Positions 22,901-35,915 of a DNA stretch of 64,000 bases are shown here, piece after piece; positions within the stretch are counted from its first letter, which is position 1, and each line of letters starts with the position of its first letter. This DNA comes from Lama glama (lineage: Eukaryota): assembly GCA_028534125.1 (NCBI GenBank), contig CM052847.1:23126001-23190000 (forward strand), given 5' to 3'. Below the pieces are notes generated by a model. That model made no database searches and was not told the origin of the DNA. It saw only the letters and a program-made list of their open reading frames with translations. The translations under genes were made by a program, and so were the position numbers.

Positions 22901-25900
22901 GGACGGCAGGAGCGTCTTGGCTGTGCTCTCTCTGGGCCCGAGGCACAAAACCACGGGTCCGCATATTCCCCAGCCCCCAGCCTGGTCTTGGCATTTCGAG
23001 TCTAAGCAACATTTTTCCTGGAACATTTCAGCCTCTAGAATCCAGATGTGGCTTTCTAAGCAGAATGAGTGGTTCCTGACATGAGGAAACATGAACGATG
23101 GTTGTCAGCGACGTGCTTACAGCCCGAAGCTGGAAGTCTTCCGTGTTGAGCGGCAGTGCCGGGCCACATCCCCACCCGTTGCTGTGAGACCCTATCAGAG
23201 GGAGCCGAGTCTGGCGGCAGCACGTGGGGGTTCAGCTCATACCCTGTGCGGGAGGGCAGGATTAACCACTTGTGTTAGAAGAAGAGGATGAGTGGCCCCA
23301 GACTGTGAATGATGGACTGTGAGTCCTGCAGGGGAGCCCATGGGGTGGATGGGCCACGTTACCACCCGGGGTTGTGGCAGGGCTGGCCGTGGGTCTCCTC
23401 CTCATGCCCCATGCAGCCTGCTGCCCATGGATGCAATGTGACAGATGAAGGCCCTCCAGCATGCGGAGACGTTGTGGACGTGACCTCACACCTGTACCCT
23501 CTTGTTCCCTCCTAAGGAATGTCAACTCTATGCCCCTCGGCGCTGTGACTCGCTGTCCAGGCCTCGCAGGGCTCTGGGGGCCTTGGGGCTTCCCCCTGTG
23601 GCCGGAGAGGTCTGGATGCCACAGCTGGCAGCAGGGGGCTGCCAGGGCCGTGACCTGCTACAGAGCAAGGGTCCGAGGCACCCAGGGCATCCTCGGAGTT
23701 TAGCAGCACAAAAATCGCAGTGCAGCCTGGTCCCACCTGGAGCTGTTGAGGAAAAAAGAGCAGGGTGTGTATTTGCTGGCATGGAAAAGTGCCCGAGAAT
23801 GTGAAGAAACAGAGCAAAAGGATCATCTCTCATGATCCCATTTCTGTTGGTTTTTTTTTTTTTTTAAAAAAAGGCACGTCCTCCTGCCATGGGTTCTGTG
23901 CTCTTGTAAATGTGGAAAATGTGCAGAAAGATGCTGGGAGGGGAAGGGGGTTCGGGAGTGCGTGGAGGGGCACTTGTGTGTTACTTTTATGCAACTTTAT
24001 TTTTCAAAGTGAATGGTAGAGTTAGATTTGAGGGGTGGGCTGGCCTGGCTGTGGGACGGGCAGTTGTGCGTGTGGAGCAGCCTTGAGGAAGTCGGGTCCT
24101 CGGTCGTGGGCAGGGTGGCTGTGGCTCCTGGTGTGTGTCCCGCACAGCTAAACTTCTCCATTTTGACATGTTAATGGTGTGTTAACACAGCAGAGCCGCA
24201 CTTGAGTATCGGGCAGGTGGTCGCCTACGAGGGCCGTGAGCGCGTTTGACGTAAGAAGGCTTTCTCTAACCTCAGGTAAAGTGCAGTGATTTTCTGCCAG
24301 AAAGAACCTGTCCTTCATTTAGAATAGAGGGTCGTTCGGCGAGTGAGCTGGGATTTTGGTTTAAACTGAAAGTGAAGTGATTTCATCCCACAGCACTCTG
24401 AGCGCGATCTTTGACTTCATTACTTGCTGAGAATTCGAGTGGCACTTACACACGGGATTCTCTGGTGCCTGACTTCCTGCTGATTCGTGGCCTTTGCTGC
24501 AACATGACAAGACTCTGAATCTGAGCGTTACTGGGCAACATGAGAAAAGGAAAAGTTGGTTCTGCGGTGTTTTGCTTTAAGGGAGTACATTATTTTATGT
24601 TCATTTAATTTTCTCCTTTTCCAGTAAGAATTATTTCCTTATCAGATGTAAGCTTACCTGAAAATTCATAAAAGCATAGCTGACACACTTGGAAGTGCAT
24701 GTATTTTAATTAAAAAGCACTTTTGCTCACCCTTTCCCTGTCCTTCCCCACCTGTGACACCGCCGCTTGTGTTCAGGTTTGCTTATGAAAAACAGAAGCT
24801 TTGTAAGTGTTAACAAAGTGGTTTTCAGCCAAGGGGTAGGACGTAATTCCAGCCATGGAAATTCTCAACTGAGAGTCTGTGCGAAGTTCGGAAGTAAAAC
24901 AGAGGTTTTAAACTTCTTCCCTAGTGTGTGCCCCCACCTTGAGAATCAGATTTAATTAGCTTAATTTCTGGCTGAAAATAACTTGACAGTCTAGTATACA
25001 GTGTTACAACCCTGTAAAATTCCACTTGTGCACTTTGTTTTTTCAGTTACTAGGCTTAATGTGGAGAATGCATCGTGAATTGTTTTAGTTACTGCTACAA
25101 AAATTGTGTTATAACCATGTATTGTAAAATTACCAGCAGAGATAAAATTGCACACATTTCTTTTGTAATGAGGCTGCCTTTTCTTAGCACACCTCTGAGT
25201 GCTCGCAGGGGGGGCACCCACCACCCTCAGTTGGGCCGCTGGGGAGAGTCTCGGGGTCCTTCCCTCCTGGGCGAGGAGGTGGGTGTGGGTGGAGAGTCGC
25301 TGCCTCGTGATTATTGGGGGGCGGGTCAGCGCGGGGCAGGGGTGGCGGGTTGTGTGTGCCCCGGGTGCTCGTGGGACGGAGGCCTCAGTGCTGCTGGGGT
25401 GTCCGTCAGAGCTGGGAGGGTGGGATGGGCTCCTCTCCCTGGACTTACGTTCAGCCCATGTGGGGCCAGTGTTTCCTGGAGAACAAAACGGGTGTCACTC
25501 CAGCTTTTACGCATCCCCTTTCTAGGATGTATTCAAGTCAGCACGAGTGTTAATTCACTTTAATTAAAAAAATTATTATGCTCTGTGCTACTTTCTAGGA
25601 AAAAAGCCCAGTTGATTTAAAAAATAAAATCAGAGTGACGGGTGGGGTAGCATTTTGAAGGAGGGGGGCTCACGTGCGGGTGATTGACGGTGTTTCCTAA
25701 ACGGTGAGTTTGTTGCACTTCTGCGTTTCAAAAGCAGCGGACTTGTCGCCACAGGAAAGCGGGGGAAAGCGTCCTCCACCGAGAGAAGCGTCGTCAGGGT
25801 GGTGGTGTGTGTCTAGCGTTGGCTGCCCCATTTTAGTGTATGGTGGTCGTTTGGCAGGTGTGTGCTTCAGAGAGCTCTTCAGCTGTTGGGTGGTGTCTGT

Positions 25901-27551
25901 TGTGGAAGCTTGAGATCTTTTTGCTTAAGAATTACCTGTAACTCAGAGTCACTGATGTTTTGTAACATGTCACTGGTCTTCTTGTATCCCTGAAGTGTAA
26001 ATGATTTCCTAAGCTCTTGGATTTGGGGGTGGGGCCGGCCGCAGGCCCTCAGGGAAAAGACCCTGGATCAGTCTGTGTGAGCTAATCCCTGAGTCTGGGG
26101 TCCCGGCGAGTGGAGACCTTACCCCCCTTTGCGCCGTACCCCTGCCAGCCCTGGGCTCTGATTTCCATGTCGATCACAGTTTTTCAGGAAGGGGCCGCTG
26201 ACCACTCCCCCAAGCCGTGCTTCAGACCCCGCCCTATTGCTTCCCTGGGAACTCGGTGTCCTGGAGAGTCCGCCTGGGGCGGCCTGCTCTTGCCTCGAGG
26301 TGGGAGACGCCTGCTTTCCTCCCGAGAGCGCTGGGCTTCTCTCTTGGTGGTGAGAGTGACTTGGGCGTGGCCTTCCTTGTTCACAGGCTCCCTCAGGCTT
26401 CAGCCCCACGTTGTGTCCTTGAAGCCCTTCCTTGTCTGTCCCTGTTGTCACCTCACTGTCATTCATATTTGGTGCCCCCTTTCCAGGTGCACTGGATTCT
26501 GTTTCTCGGCTGCCAGGCTCGTGTGGCGTGGGCTCTGGCAGCCTGGCTCTCCACAGCAGCACCTCGCTTACCGGCTTCCAGCTGAGGCTTTGAGACGTGG
26601 GGAGCTTTACTGGGGGTGCCAGCTGGACGCTGTTCTGGCTGAGCCCTGCGCAGGCTCACCGGCGTGAGGGGCGCCAGGGGCCCTGCGCCCCCGGGTGGGG
26701 ATGCTGCTGCTGGGAGCAGCTCCCAGTTGGCCCCTCCCCAAATGGAGCATTCTACTTCTTATGTCCCCTCAACTTAAAAGCATGCAGGAGGCTTAATAAA
26801 GCAAAAGAATCAAAAGAGATTTTTTTAAAAACTGGAGGATAAACAGTAAGAAGTATTGATATGTGTAACATTACAAAGCAGCCAAAATTCAACACAATTT
26901 CTGACGTACCGAGTGGACAGCATTGGGGTGTGGGATTCCCTTTGCACCTTGGGGGCCCAGTGCATATTGGTTGACCAAAGTGGACTTGACCGAAGGGTCA
27001 CGATGAACCGGTCCCCCCAGTTCAAATATTCTGTGGTCAGAACGGTAAGAGTCTGGTGAGCTCGGTCTGAGGCCCTTCCGCGGCACGGACGTGTCGCGTA
27101 ACCAACCGGGACGGCTGGGCGGTTTATTCCGTGGCTCCCCTGTTGGGTTGTTAAATCCTTTTTACTTTCCTCCCCTGGAAACCATGCTGAGTGTGGAGAC
27201 AGTGGATTCACATGTGTCTGTATTACATTCTTTTCCTAAATTAGCCCCGGTGAACACCAGCTGCAGCCCCGAGCGCAGAGGCGGAGCGACTGTCCTGTCT
27301 TGCAGGAACTCAGGGGGCCCTCTGGGATCCCTACGTAGTGTGCGCGCCCCGCCCGGGGACCGGTCGGTCAGTGCTGGGCCTGGGGCTTTTGTTCTGGACA
27401 GAGGAGGAGCAGAGGTCCAAAGTGAGAAGACGTTAAAGGTGGAGGGAGGCGTGCAGATCACAAGGGACGTGAGCCCCATCAGGGAGGCCTGCTCGTTGCT
27501 CTTGTATTGAAGTTGGCGCCGGGGGCAGGTGTTTGGGGTGTGCCCTGTAGG

Positions 27552-27714
27552 TGTGCTGCCTCCTTTACTGCGTGGTTCCTGGGATCTTGTTAGAAATGCA
27601 AACTCCGGCCCCACCCAGACCTTCCGAATCAGAAATTCTGGGGAGGGAGCCCCTCGCCAGCCTTTAACACACCCTCCGGGTGCTTCTGGTGAAGCTCACG
27701 TTTCAGAAACCATG
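27552..27714 (+). mobile_element. MER5A-like hAT-Charlie element
   Basis: cctgggatcttgttagaaatgcaaactccggccccacccagaccttccgaatcagaaattctgggg...tttaacacaccctccgggtgcttctg...agaaaccatg follows the MER5A consensus. Confidence 0.85.
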
Positions 27715-30700
27715 GTTCACTGGCTGCCAGGGATCCCAGCGTGCTGAATTTCCAACACAAAGAGGCAGTTTTGAAATAGCTAGTTACAGTTTTGTGCAGC
27801 AGAAAACTAGAGACGTTTTCTTAAAACAGGCACGGTAGGAAAAATGATTTCCTTTCTCACGTTTAGGAAAGATTTCAAATTTGTGGGCACCATGTGGAAC
27901 TAGTGAACTCTGTACCTCCTGTCTCTGCTCGTTGGAGCTGGCTGTGGAGCTGCTCACCCTGGGCAGTTCAAGTGCACGCTGCCTTCCCCACGAGCAGTCC
28001 AGCGGGACTCCACACCAGCAAGGCCGCTACCGCGGCTGAGCTCCGCCAGCAGGACGTCAGGTCAGAACGTGGGTCTGTCGTTCAGAGTGTCTGCCACTGA
28101 CAGTCTCCCGGGAGCCCAGCAGGAGAGGAGGCACTGAGAGCTGGTAGGAGGGTGCCGTCTGCAGGGTGCCTGGGATCCGTCTGCGGACAGAGGCCGGAAG
28201 TGCGTGGACCCCGGTGAGCAGGACAGACAACTGCTGTGTGGCCGCCCTGCCCCAGCCCAGGTGCCCCCAGAGCACAGACAAGCCTCAGGTGCTCCTGCAA
28301 ACCATCCTTCCAAGTGAGTCCTCCGCGATCACACAGGGCCGGAGGCGTCGGGTAGGTGAGGGCTTGTCGTGGGCCTGACCTAGAGGGGTGAGATGTGACC
28401 CTGAGATCCTTCCAGGTTAGAACAGAGTTTTCAAGTACAACTAACAGTGATTTGCCAGGAAGGGTCTTGGGCCCGTTAACCTCCTTTTTTGTAGGAAGGG
28501 AGGAAGGATGCCTTATCTTTAGAAAGTCTCGATGTGCCAGTTGGGACGTAGTAAATGGAGTCACGGGATTACATGACGCTGCCTGTTGGCTGGAACTTAG
28601 TCTCACACACGTGCCACGGCCCTGCTGGCAGGTAAGGCGGGGCACCTGGTGGCCCCGTGCTCTCTGTGCGCTGACGCCGGCACTTCGGCGTCTGTGGTCT
28701 GTGGCCTGTGGCCGGCGGGGCCGCTGTCCGAGTCAGGCCTTGTCAGTTCTGTCTTCCTGCCACCTCCCCCTCTTGGGTCAGCGGGTCAAGGTCATCACTC
28801 ACTCCCACCAGCTGACTTTCTGAGGTGAGGCGGGCTGGTTGAGGTGTTTTCCTTTGCCAGGGCTTCCAGAGATGGCTTTGTGCGCCCGTGTGGAGGCCTG
28901 TCTTCCTCTGTGGAGATGCAGGATCGAGGCGAAGACCGTGGGGCTCCAAAGGCCTGGTGCCCCAGCTGGGCGGGCCAGGCCTCTGCTGCAAGGTCCCCAG
29001 GCCGTGGGGGAGGGACGCTCTGTGGCTGAGGGTGGCCATGTGCCGAGCAGGCAGTGGGGCCAACACCGTTATCGCTTCTTTAAAACCTACCTTAGAAACA
29101 ATAATGAGACTAAGCTAGCTTCTCCGTGTTTTGTTGTGACCCACAGCAGTGGCCACATCACGGTCTGGTCACCCTTCGTTTCCAGCCAAGCTTCCTGCAG
29201 CAGGTGATGCCTGAGGAGACAGAAGCATTTCTGAAGCAGGAAGCGAAACAACATTGGAGCCCTTGGTCTGTAACAAGTACATTTTGCAAAATAACCCAGA
29301 GCCTGAGTCAGAATCTGCTCGGTAGCCCGGGTGGCACTTCCCGCGGGCGAGCGTGGGAGGCTCGTGATTTTTCACTTGCACACCCTGCCGGCCTCCGACC
29401 CCCAGTTTCCTGGGAGGGTAAGTGCTAGAAACACCCAGTCCAGGTGCCCTTGCTGTGGACGTTGTTCCCCAGGTGGCCTCTGCCTGGAAGGGCTCTGTCT
29501 TGTGGCTCACAGTCCAGCTCTGGCCCTTCTAGAGCTGTATTTTCTTGTGTTGCTAAAGGTGATATGTTTATACCTGTTAATGTCTTGTTTTGCAAGAGCT
29601 ATGCTTTGGGAATCTAAATATTTAGGCTAAATTGTCGTGCGCAATTGAGTTGCACTGAGATTTTGCTCTTTGTGAAGACTTTTGGTTTCTCATTAGAAGT
29701 TTTTACCTTTTCTTAACTGAAGCAAAATCTGTTGTCAGTGTGAAGCAGCAGCTGTATGTTTAGGATGTCAAATTGTATAGCATTTTCCTAAATAGCACAT
29801 GCTCTTCTCGTAAATTTTGAAGTTCATTTATCCATCAATCATGGGTTGAATGTTTCGGTCCTGGTTCCCCAGCCCCTGTTCGTACATATTTTTGAAGAGT
29901 TCCTTGCCTCTGGCTCTGAAGTAAGAATGCGCTTGGATTTGGCTTAGAGACAACTGAGCAAGATGCTTTGGCACAGCAGTTCTGTTTTATTTTTACTAGA
30001 AAACGTTCTTCAGACCTGGCACACAGGTGGTGGCAGGCCCTTCCTGCCCGGCACACACACCTGTCCTTCTGCCCGAGCCTGGGCCGTGTGCCCGCGGTTT
30101 CTCGGAACGCAGGGGGGTTAGTCCTTGGGCGAGAGTTTTGGTTATTTCCTGCTAGTTCGGTTACTACCTCTGCTAGTGAATCTCCCCTGTTAAGTTTTGG
30201 AAAAGGGAGGAAATGAACTGAACAGTGGTTTTTGGCCTTCTGAGCAGTGAAACGGGACCCCAGGGATTTATGATTAGCTAACAAGGCGCCCTGGGCAGTC
30301 TTGGATGGGAGTGGTGGGTGCCCTCCGGGAAGCCCCTTTCCTTCCCTGTCCTGAGACGTCTCAGAAGCACAGGCCTCGTCCTTGGTGAACTGAGGGCCTT
30401 TCTCTTTGGGTGATGACCTCTGCTGCCTCGTGTTGTTGCCTCGGACGTCCAGGAGGAATCTGCCCCTTCCTTCCCTGGACGGGAATCGGTCTGGAGTCTG
30501 TGAACCAGTGGGACCTGACGTGGTTCTTGCCCCATGTTTTAAACTTGACACTCATTACGATGAGCATCATGTAATGTGTCACGGAGCAAAGGTAATACTG
30601 GAGTAGGAATATGGAAGTGTTTTGAGACACAATGTGGATGAAATCTGACCGTAGCCACACACCGAGACCCTTTTGTTGAAGGCTGGAAGGAGATCTTGCA

Positions 30701-33430
30701 AATCCGCGGGGGGAAAAGACCTTGTGGAGAGCGAAGACCCGAAGACCCGCTGTTTGCGGCTCGCCCGTGTCAGCCTTTGTGGTTGTGCGTCCCATGAATG
30801 GGGGAGGGGGCCCCGCAGCCTTGGCTCTGCTCTCTCTCCAGGCAAGTTTTGTAGCGAGAAGGGAACGTTTACCAATCAGGTGATTGCCTTCTGCAGGAAG
30901 CTCAGCATGTTAGTGATGTAGGAAATAGGTCCGGAAAAACAGCCCTAAGTCCTGGAGAAACGCAGATTAGGGTCATGTCAGGCCTCACCTGGCACCCCTG
31001 GAGGAAGGGGAGGGGGACACCTCCAACTGCCACCTTCCCCTCTCTGTGCCACCGTGGGCTTTCATGAGCTGATTCCACTGTGAGCAGAGGCAGCTTAGTG
31101 CTGCTGCTCCTGCGGGCAGGTGGAACGGGGCGAACCGTGATGCTCAGAGCCGCACGACGTTGGGAGAGGCAGGAGAAATAAGGGGACGAGGCAGCTCCCT
31201 GTACCTGCTGTCAGTGTGAAGTCTGAGTGTCTGAAAGGCAGCAGCGTGGAGATGCTGGTAGCTGTCAGTGTTTCCTCTGATAAACGGTTGTGAACTTGGC
31301 TGCTGAGATAAGACTGCCCAGATAGGAAGGCTGCAAGTTCTTTGATTCCCAGAGTTTATAAGTAAAAGTCTGGTCACCAGTGAACTCAGGCCAGGCAAAC
31401 CCTAGGGAGTCTGAGGTAGTGAAGACGGGGGAGGCTTTCTGGAAGGAGGTCGGTCTGCCAGGACCATGGGGATGTCCTTCCAAAAGGCGAAGCCAGGAGT
31501 GAGTCTTTAAAAATAGAAGGAGAAAGAAAGCTTTAAGGAAAGGAGCTGATTCACAGGTCTCTGTTTTGGGAGTTGACTGTTGTCAGAATGTCCTCTCCTT
31601 TCTTTTCACCAAACGTTGTGGGAGACGCTGTCATCCGTGTTCCCTCCTCCTGCCTGGTGTCTGCGTCCCAGAGCCCACGTGGACCCAGGTCTTGAACACG
31701 GGCACCCAGAGCAGGGACGGGGTGTGTACCAGACTCTGAGGGAACGCGAAGCAGGGTAGGGGCATCTCAGGATGAAGCATTTTATTAAAAGTGTCCAGAT
31801 AACGAGACCATCACGAGCTAGCTCTCCTCGGAAGTGGGCGGGCTGTGGGCTTGGCCCTGCGGAGGTGCTTCTCCAGGACTGTTTCTGCAGTGTTTGGGGT
31901 TCTCAGTGTTTGGGGTTCTCGTTGGAGCAGCTCACAGACAGAAGCCGCCCAGAACTGCGTTTCTCCCTGCCCTTCATGGTGCCCAAGTTAAAGGGCTGGT
32001 CATTACTACCTTACTGACATTAGAGTCATAACTCGCCCTGCCCTCTGCATTCTTCATTGTGATAGTTTATCCTGTATCAGACCTGGATAGAGAAGGGACC
32101 CTCCGTGTTTTTATGACCTCCCTCTGCCTCTTCTGAAACCTGCTTCTGTGTTGCTTTCTAGAATTATGCGATCTCTCTTATTAATCCCATTATTCTTTTA
32201 ATTAAATGCTGTGCTTTCATGCTTCACTCTCTGTTCTGTTCCCCGATACAGGTTCTTCCCCTCAGAAACTAGAAATGACCTTTGATGATACGTACTAATT
32301 TCCAAAGGTCTCAGAAGTCCACGGAATACTGGCGGTTTACTCCTTGGAAAATTACGCCTTCAGTGGGGTGTTAGAGTGGAAGCGATGCCTTGGTGTCTAG
32401 TGTGGACCGGATGAAAGTACTAAAATGCCTTCAGGAACTTCATACTTAGCAACGTGGAGGTGTAGAGGCCCCGACCTGGGAATGCGTCACTGAGGGATGC
32501 GCTGGAAGCGGTTGCTCCTCTCCTGAATTTTGGGTTTGTCTTAGAGGGTGGCTGGGGAGGGGTGTTTAGCACTGAGTGACAGATGAAGGTTTGTCCTAGC
32601 GTGAAACTAGTTCTAAAAATTCCTCAGCCCGCCCGCTAAAGGCCCGCTTGTTAAGGAAGTCTCTTGTGGAAGTGTTTCGGGACCTTCCCGGGGCTGTCCT
32701 GCTGTGGGTATAGTTGCTGGGTGACACACCTAGGCAGTACTGGTGCAGGTAGCTAACTGCGTATCCGATGATCCCAGGTGCCACTCCTCCTGAGGCAAAT
32801 CTGAGTCCCTGCTGCTGATGCGTTCTTGTGCAGGTTAAAGCAAAATGGAGGTTGTGCCAAAACTCTGAATGTCCTGAGGGACAGATGAAAAACCTGGGAG
32901 AGCAGGATCCTGGAGCACTCACTATGGCTTCCCCTAGAAACTGGAAAATACAGTGAATAGAAAGTGCCAAACCTGATGGTACTTAAAACACTGAGGTATT
33001 TTACTGTATGAATTAAGTTAATAATTTAAACAACTTATTTGCATTAATTTTAATTATTTTAAGTAGATTCATCATTGAAATAATTTTAACTATATGAATT
33101 GTTTGAATTCATTTTAGTTATTTTATTTAAATTAATAACATAGAAAATAACTTTAACGATCACTTTGAATTACATGATTAATTATTTTACCCTCTAAGAA
33201 GACTTAATGGTCTTTGAGGGAAGGTCCCTCCCTGCTTTGGTGTTTACCTGCGCCTGTTTGATGTGATGTGACAACCCTGAACACAGTCTCACAGGGTGTA
33301 GGGGAGAATTCCAGAGCGTTTGCCACAAGTATGTCGTCCGTGTCCTGTCGCTCAGGTGTGTCAGCACCATGCCGCCCTGTTGGGGTGTCTGTTTCAGTAT
33401 GAAACTGATCAGAGATTTTCACCTTTTTTT

Positions 33431-33727
33431 GGATACTTTATTTTTCTACTGAAGTATAGTCAATTACAATGTGTCAGTTTCTGGTGCACAGCATAAAGTT
33501 TCAGTCATAATATATATATGTATATATATATATTTATTCTTTTTCATATGCTTTTTCATCAGACGCTACTGCAAGATAGTGAATATAGTTTCCTGTGCTA
33601 TCCAGCAGAAATGTGCTTTTTAAATCTATTTTATGTATAGTAGTTAATACTAGCAAATGTTGAACTCTCAGTTTGTCCCCTCCCACTCCCTTCCCCCATA
33701 ACCGTAAGATTGATTACTATGCCTGTG
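33431..33727 (-). mobile_element. 5'-truncated L1 3' end (cetartiodactyl/camelid type) with TSD and internal (TA)n
   Basis: actgaagtatagtcaattacaatgtgtcagtttctggtgcacagcat...gaatatagtttcctgtgctat...cccctcccactccc is an antisense L1 3' UTR. Flanked by tcaccttttttt (33419-33430) and tcacctttgttttt (33728-33741); ttaaaa endonuclease-like site on the minus strand. Confidence 0.85.
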
Positions 33728-35298
33728 TCACCTTTGTTTTTAAGACAAGGTTAAATGCTTGTTATGAACTCCTGCTTTTGGAACCAGGTATCTGACTTAT
33801 TCAGACAGTCCCCATAGCAAGGAGACACCGCGAGCCTGTTAGCACCGCACCCCCGGTCTGAAGCGGATCAGGGGTCTCATTAATTATTCATTATGACATT
33901 TCATATGTTATCTTACTTTTCATAATTACCTGAGTCTGTATAATTAACCTCTCATTTGGATGACTTGCTTAACATTAAATAGGGCTGTAATTACAACTAT
34001 TAAAAAAAGTATATGGAAGAATTTTAAAGTCTTTAATTAGAAAGAAAATTGTTGTCTTTTTTTTTTTGGTTCGGTTCCATAGTGCAGTTTTTCGAGGTGT
34101 ACAGGTGTCTGATTGTTTAAACAACGAGAGAAACTAGAAAAGCGAAGCGGTCGGTGATGTTCTGACAGCTGGTCCTTGTGAAGTCCTGGTAACCTTGTGT
34201 TGTTTCTTGGGTTAGAGATGTGGTCTGAGTCTCTGAGCACCTCTGATTTTACAGCCGAGCCTTAGAGCCCAGGGATGGCTGGGCCCAGCTGGGCTGCTTT
34301 GTGGATGAGAACGCAAGCACGCAGCTGCCCGAGGGGAGCGGGGGCCGTCCCGGGGGCGCACGGGCCCGGGGTCAGGGCAGCTCCCGGTGGCAGCTCTGCT
34401 GGCCCGAAACCAGCTCCTCCTCTCTGCTCAGGGCTCTCCCCAGCAGACTATACATTGGGGAGGATTTTTCCAGATCTGGCAAGAATGGACAACGCAGAAC
34501 TGGTGCTTTGTTTTCCATAAAGTGCTGTGTCTCAGCCCCTCCTTGAGGATACCCCCAGGACCTCCAGGCTGTAGCCCAGCACAAGACCGAGGCTGAAGGG
34601 CAACGTGGTGGCTGGCCTCACTGCATGGGGGCCCCTTTCCCACATCATCAGGCGTGAGCGTCATCCTTTGAGCACAGAGTCCATCTACAAGTTGTCCATG
34701 TGTCCAGCAGCCATCCTCACCCCGACATTTGATCCTCTGGAGGACCCAGACTTGGGGATTAATGATCCTGTGGATCTTGGACCAGTTTCTTGCACGGGAG
34801 GAAGGGACAGTCACAACTACTTCTCAGCTCATGGAGAAATCCCTGCGCCAGGTAACTGAGAGCAGCCAATGTGTGACCCATTTCTTCCCCACATCCCCGC
34901 TGCCTCACACGTCAAGCCTCCATCTCCTTTTCTGCGGACCCCAGCTGAGGCTCCAGCTGGTCACCCTCTTCTGTCGTCTGTTCCACCCTCTGCCTCAGAT
35001 CAGTTCTTCCAAGGAGAGCCCTGATCAAGCCATTCCTCGGGTCAAAACGCACAGAGGCAGGAAAGAAATTTCTTGTTTATCTGATCAGAGCCCTCCAAGC
35101 CCACACCCCACGCATCCACCTCGTCCACCTGCTTGGCTCCGTGGTTCCCAGCCTCGGCAATCCTGAGCCCCAGGACAGGGGATGCATGGCATTTCTGGAG
35201 GTACTGTTGATGATTGGGACTGTGGTTGGGTGATGCTGGCATCTGTCGGGGAGAGAGAGATGCTGCCACACACCCTGGAGTGCAGAGGACGCCCCCAC

Positions 35299-35349
35299 GG
35301 CAGCGACCGAGGCAGCAGTGACCGAGGTGGCAGTGACCAAAGCGGCAGC
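35299..35349. repeat. 15-bp minisatellite, ~3.4 copies
   Basis: ggcagcgaccgaggc / agcagtgaccgaggt / ggcagtgaccaaagc / ggcagc. Confidence 0.75.
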
Positions 35350-35756
35350 TGGGCTGAAGAGCACCAGTGACGGCTCCCGGACACTTGCAGTGCTTCCTGC
35401 CCCCCACCCCAGTCACACTGTCCTTTTCTCTGACAGGCTCCCTTCTCCTCCTGTCTTCGCTGGTTAGTGTTTTCCATCCTTTGGGGCTCCTGCAGGCTGG
35501 CTGTCCGCAGGGCAGAGGTCTGATTGTTGCCAAAGCGGCAGGCTCTCTGTGGCTAGAATGTGCTTGTTTGGGCTGTTTAAAAATTACCGGATGTGGGAAA
35601 GTTTGAGTTTGGAGCTAGCAGGCTTTTGAGCTGTCGGGTCTCAGCCTGCGGTGATGTAAACCGCCCAGGGCCAGACTCTGTGGAGGCCAACATTGGCTAG
35701 TTTCCGTGGTGATGCTCTATCTCGTAAATTTTGGGTGTTGTTTCAGCTTAGGGGAG

Positions 35757-35915
35757 TAGGTCAGCACGTGGTTAACGTTGTCCTGAACCCCAGGTCTTCT
35801 ACTTCGCAGTTGTACAGTTTCCGCAATTACTGAAACCTTTCTGTGCCTTGGTTTCCTCGTCGATCATGTGGGAACAAGTTGTTGCCTGTGAGGTGCTCAG
35901 CACAGTACCTGGAAG
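35757..35915 (+). mobile_element. MIR SINE fragment
   Basis: Core-like aacctttctgtgccttggtttcctcgtc...atgtggga, and gtgctcagcacagtacctgg. Confidence 0.65.
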
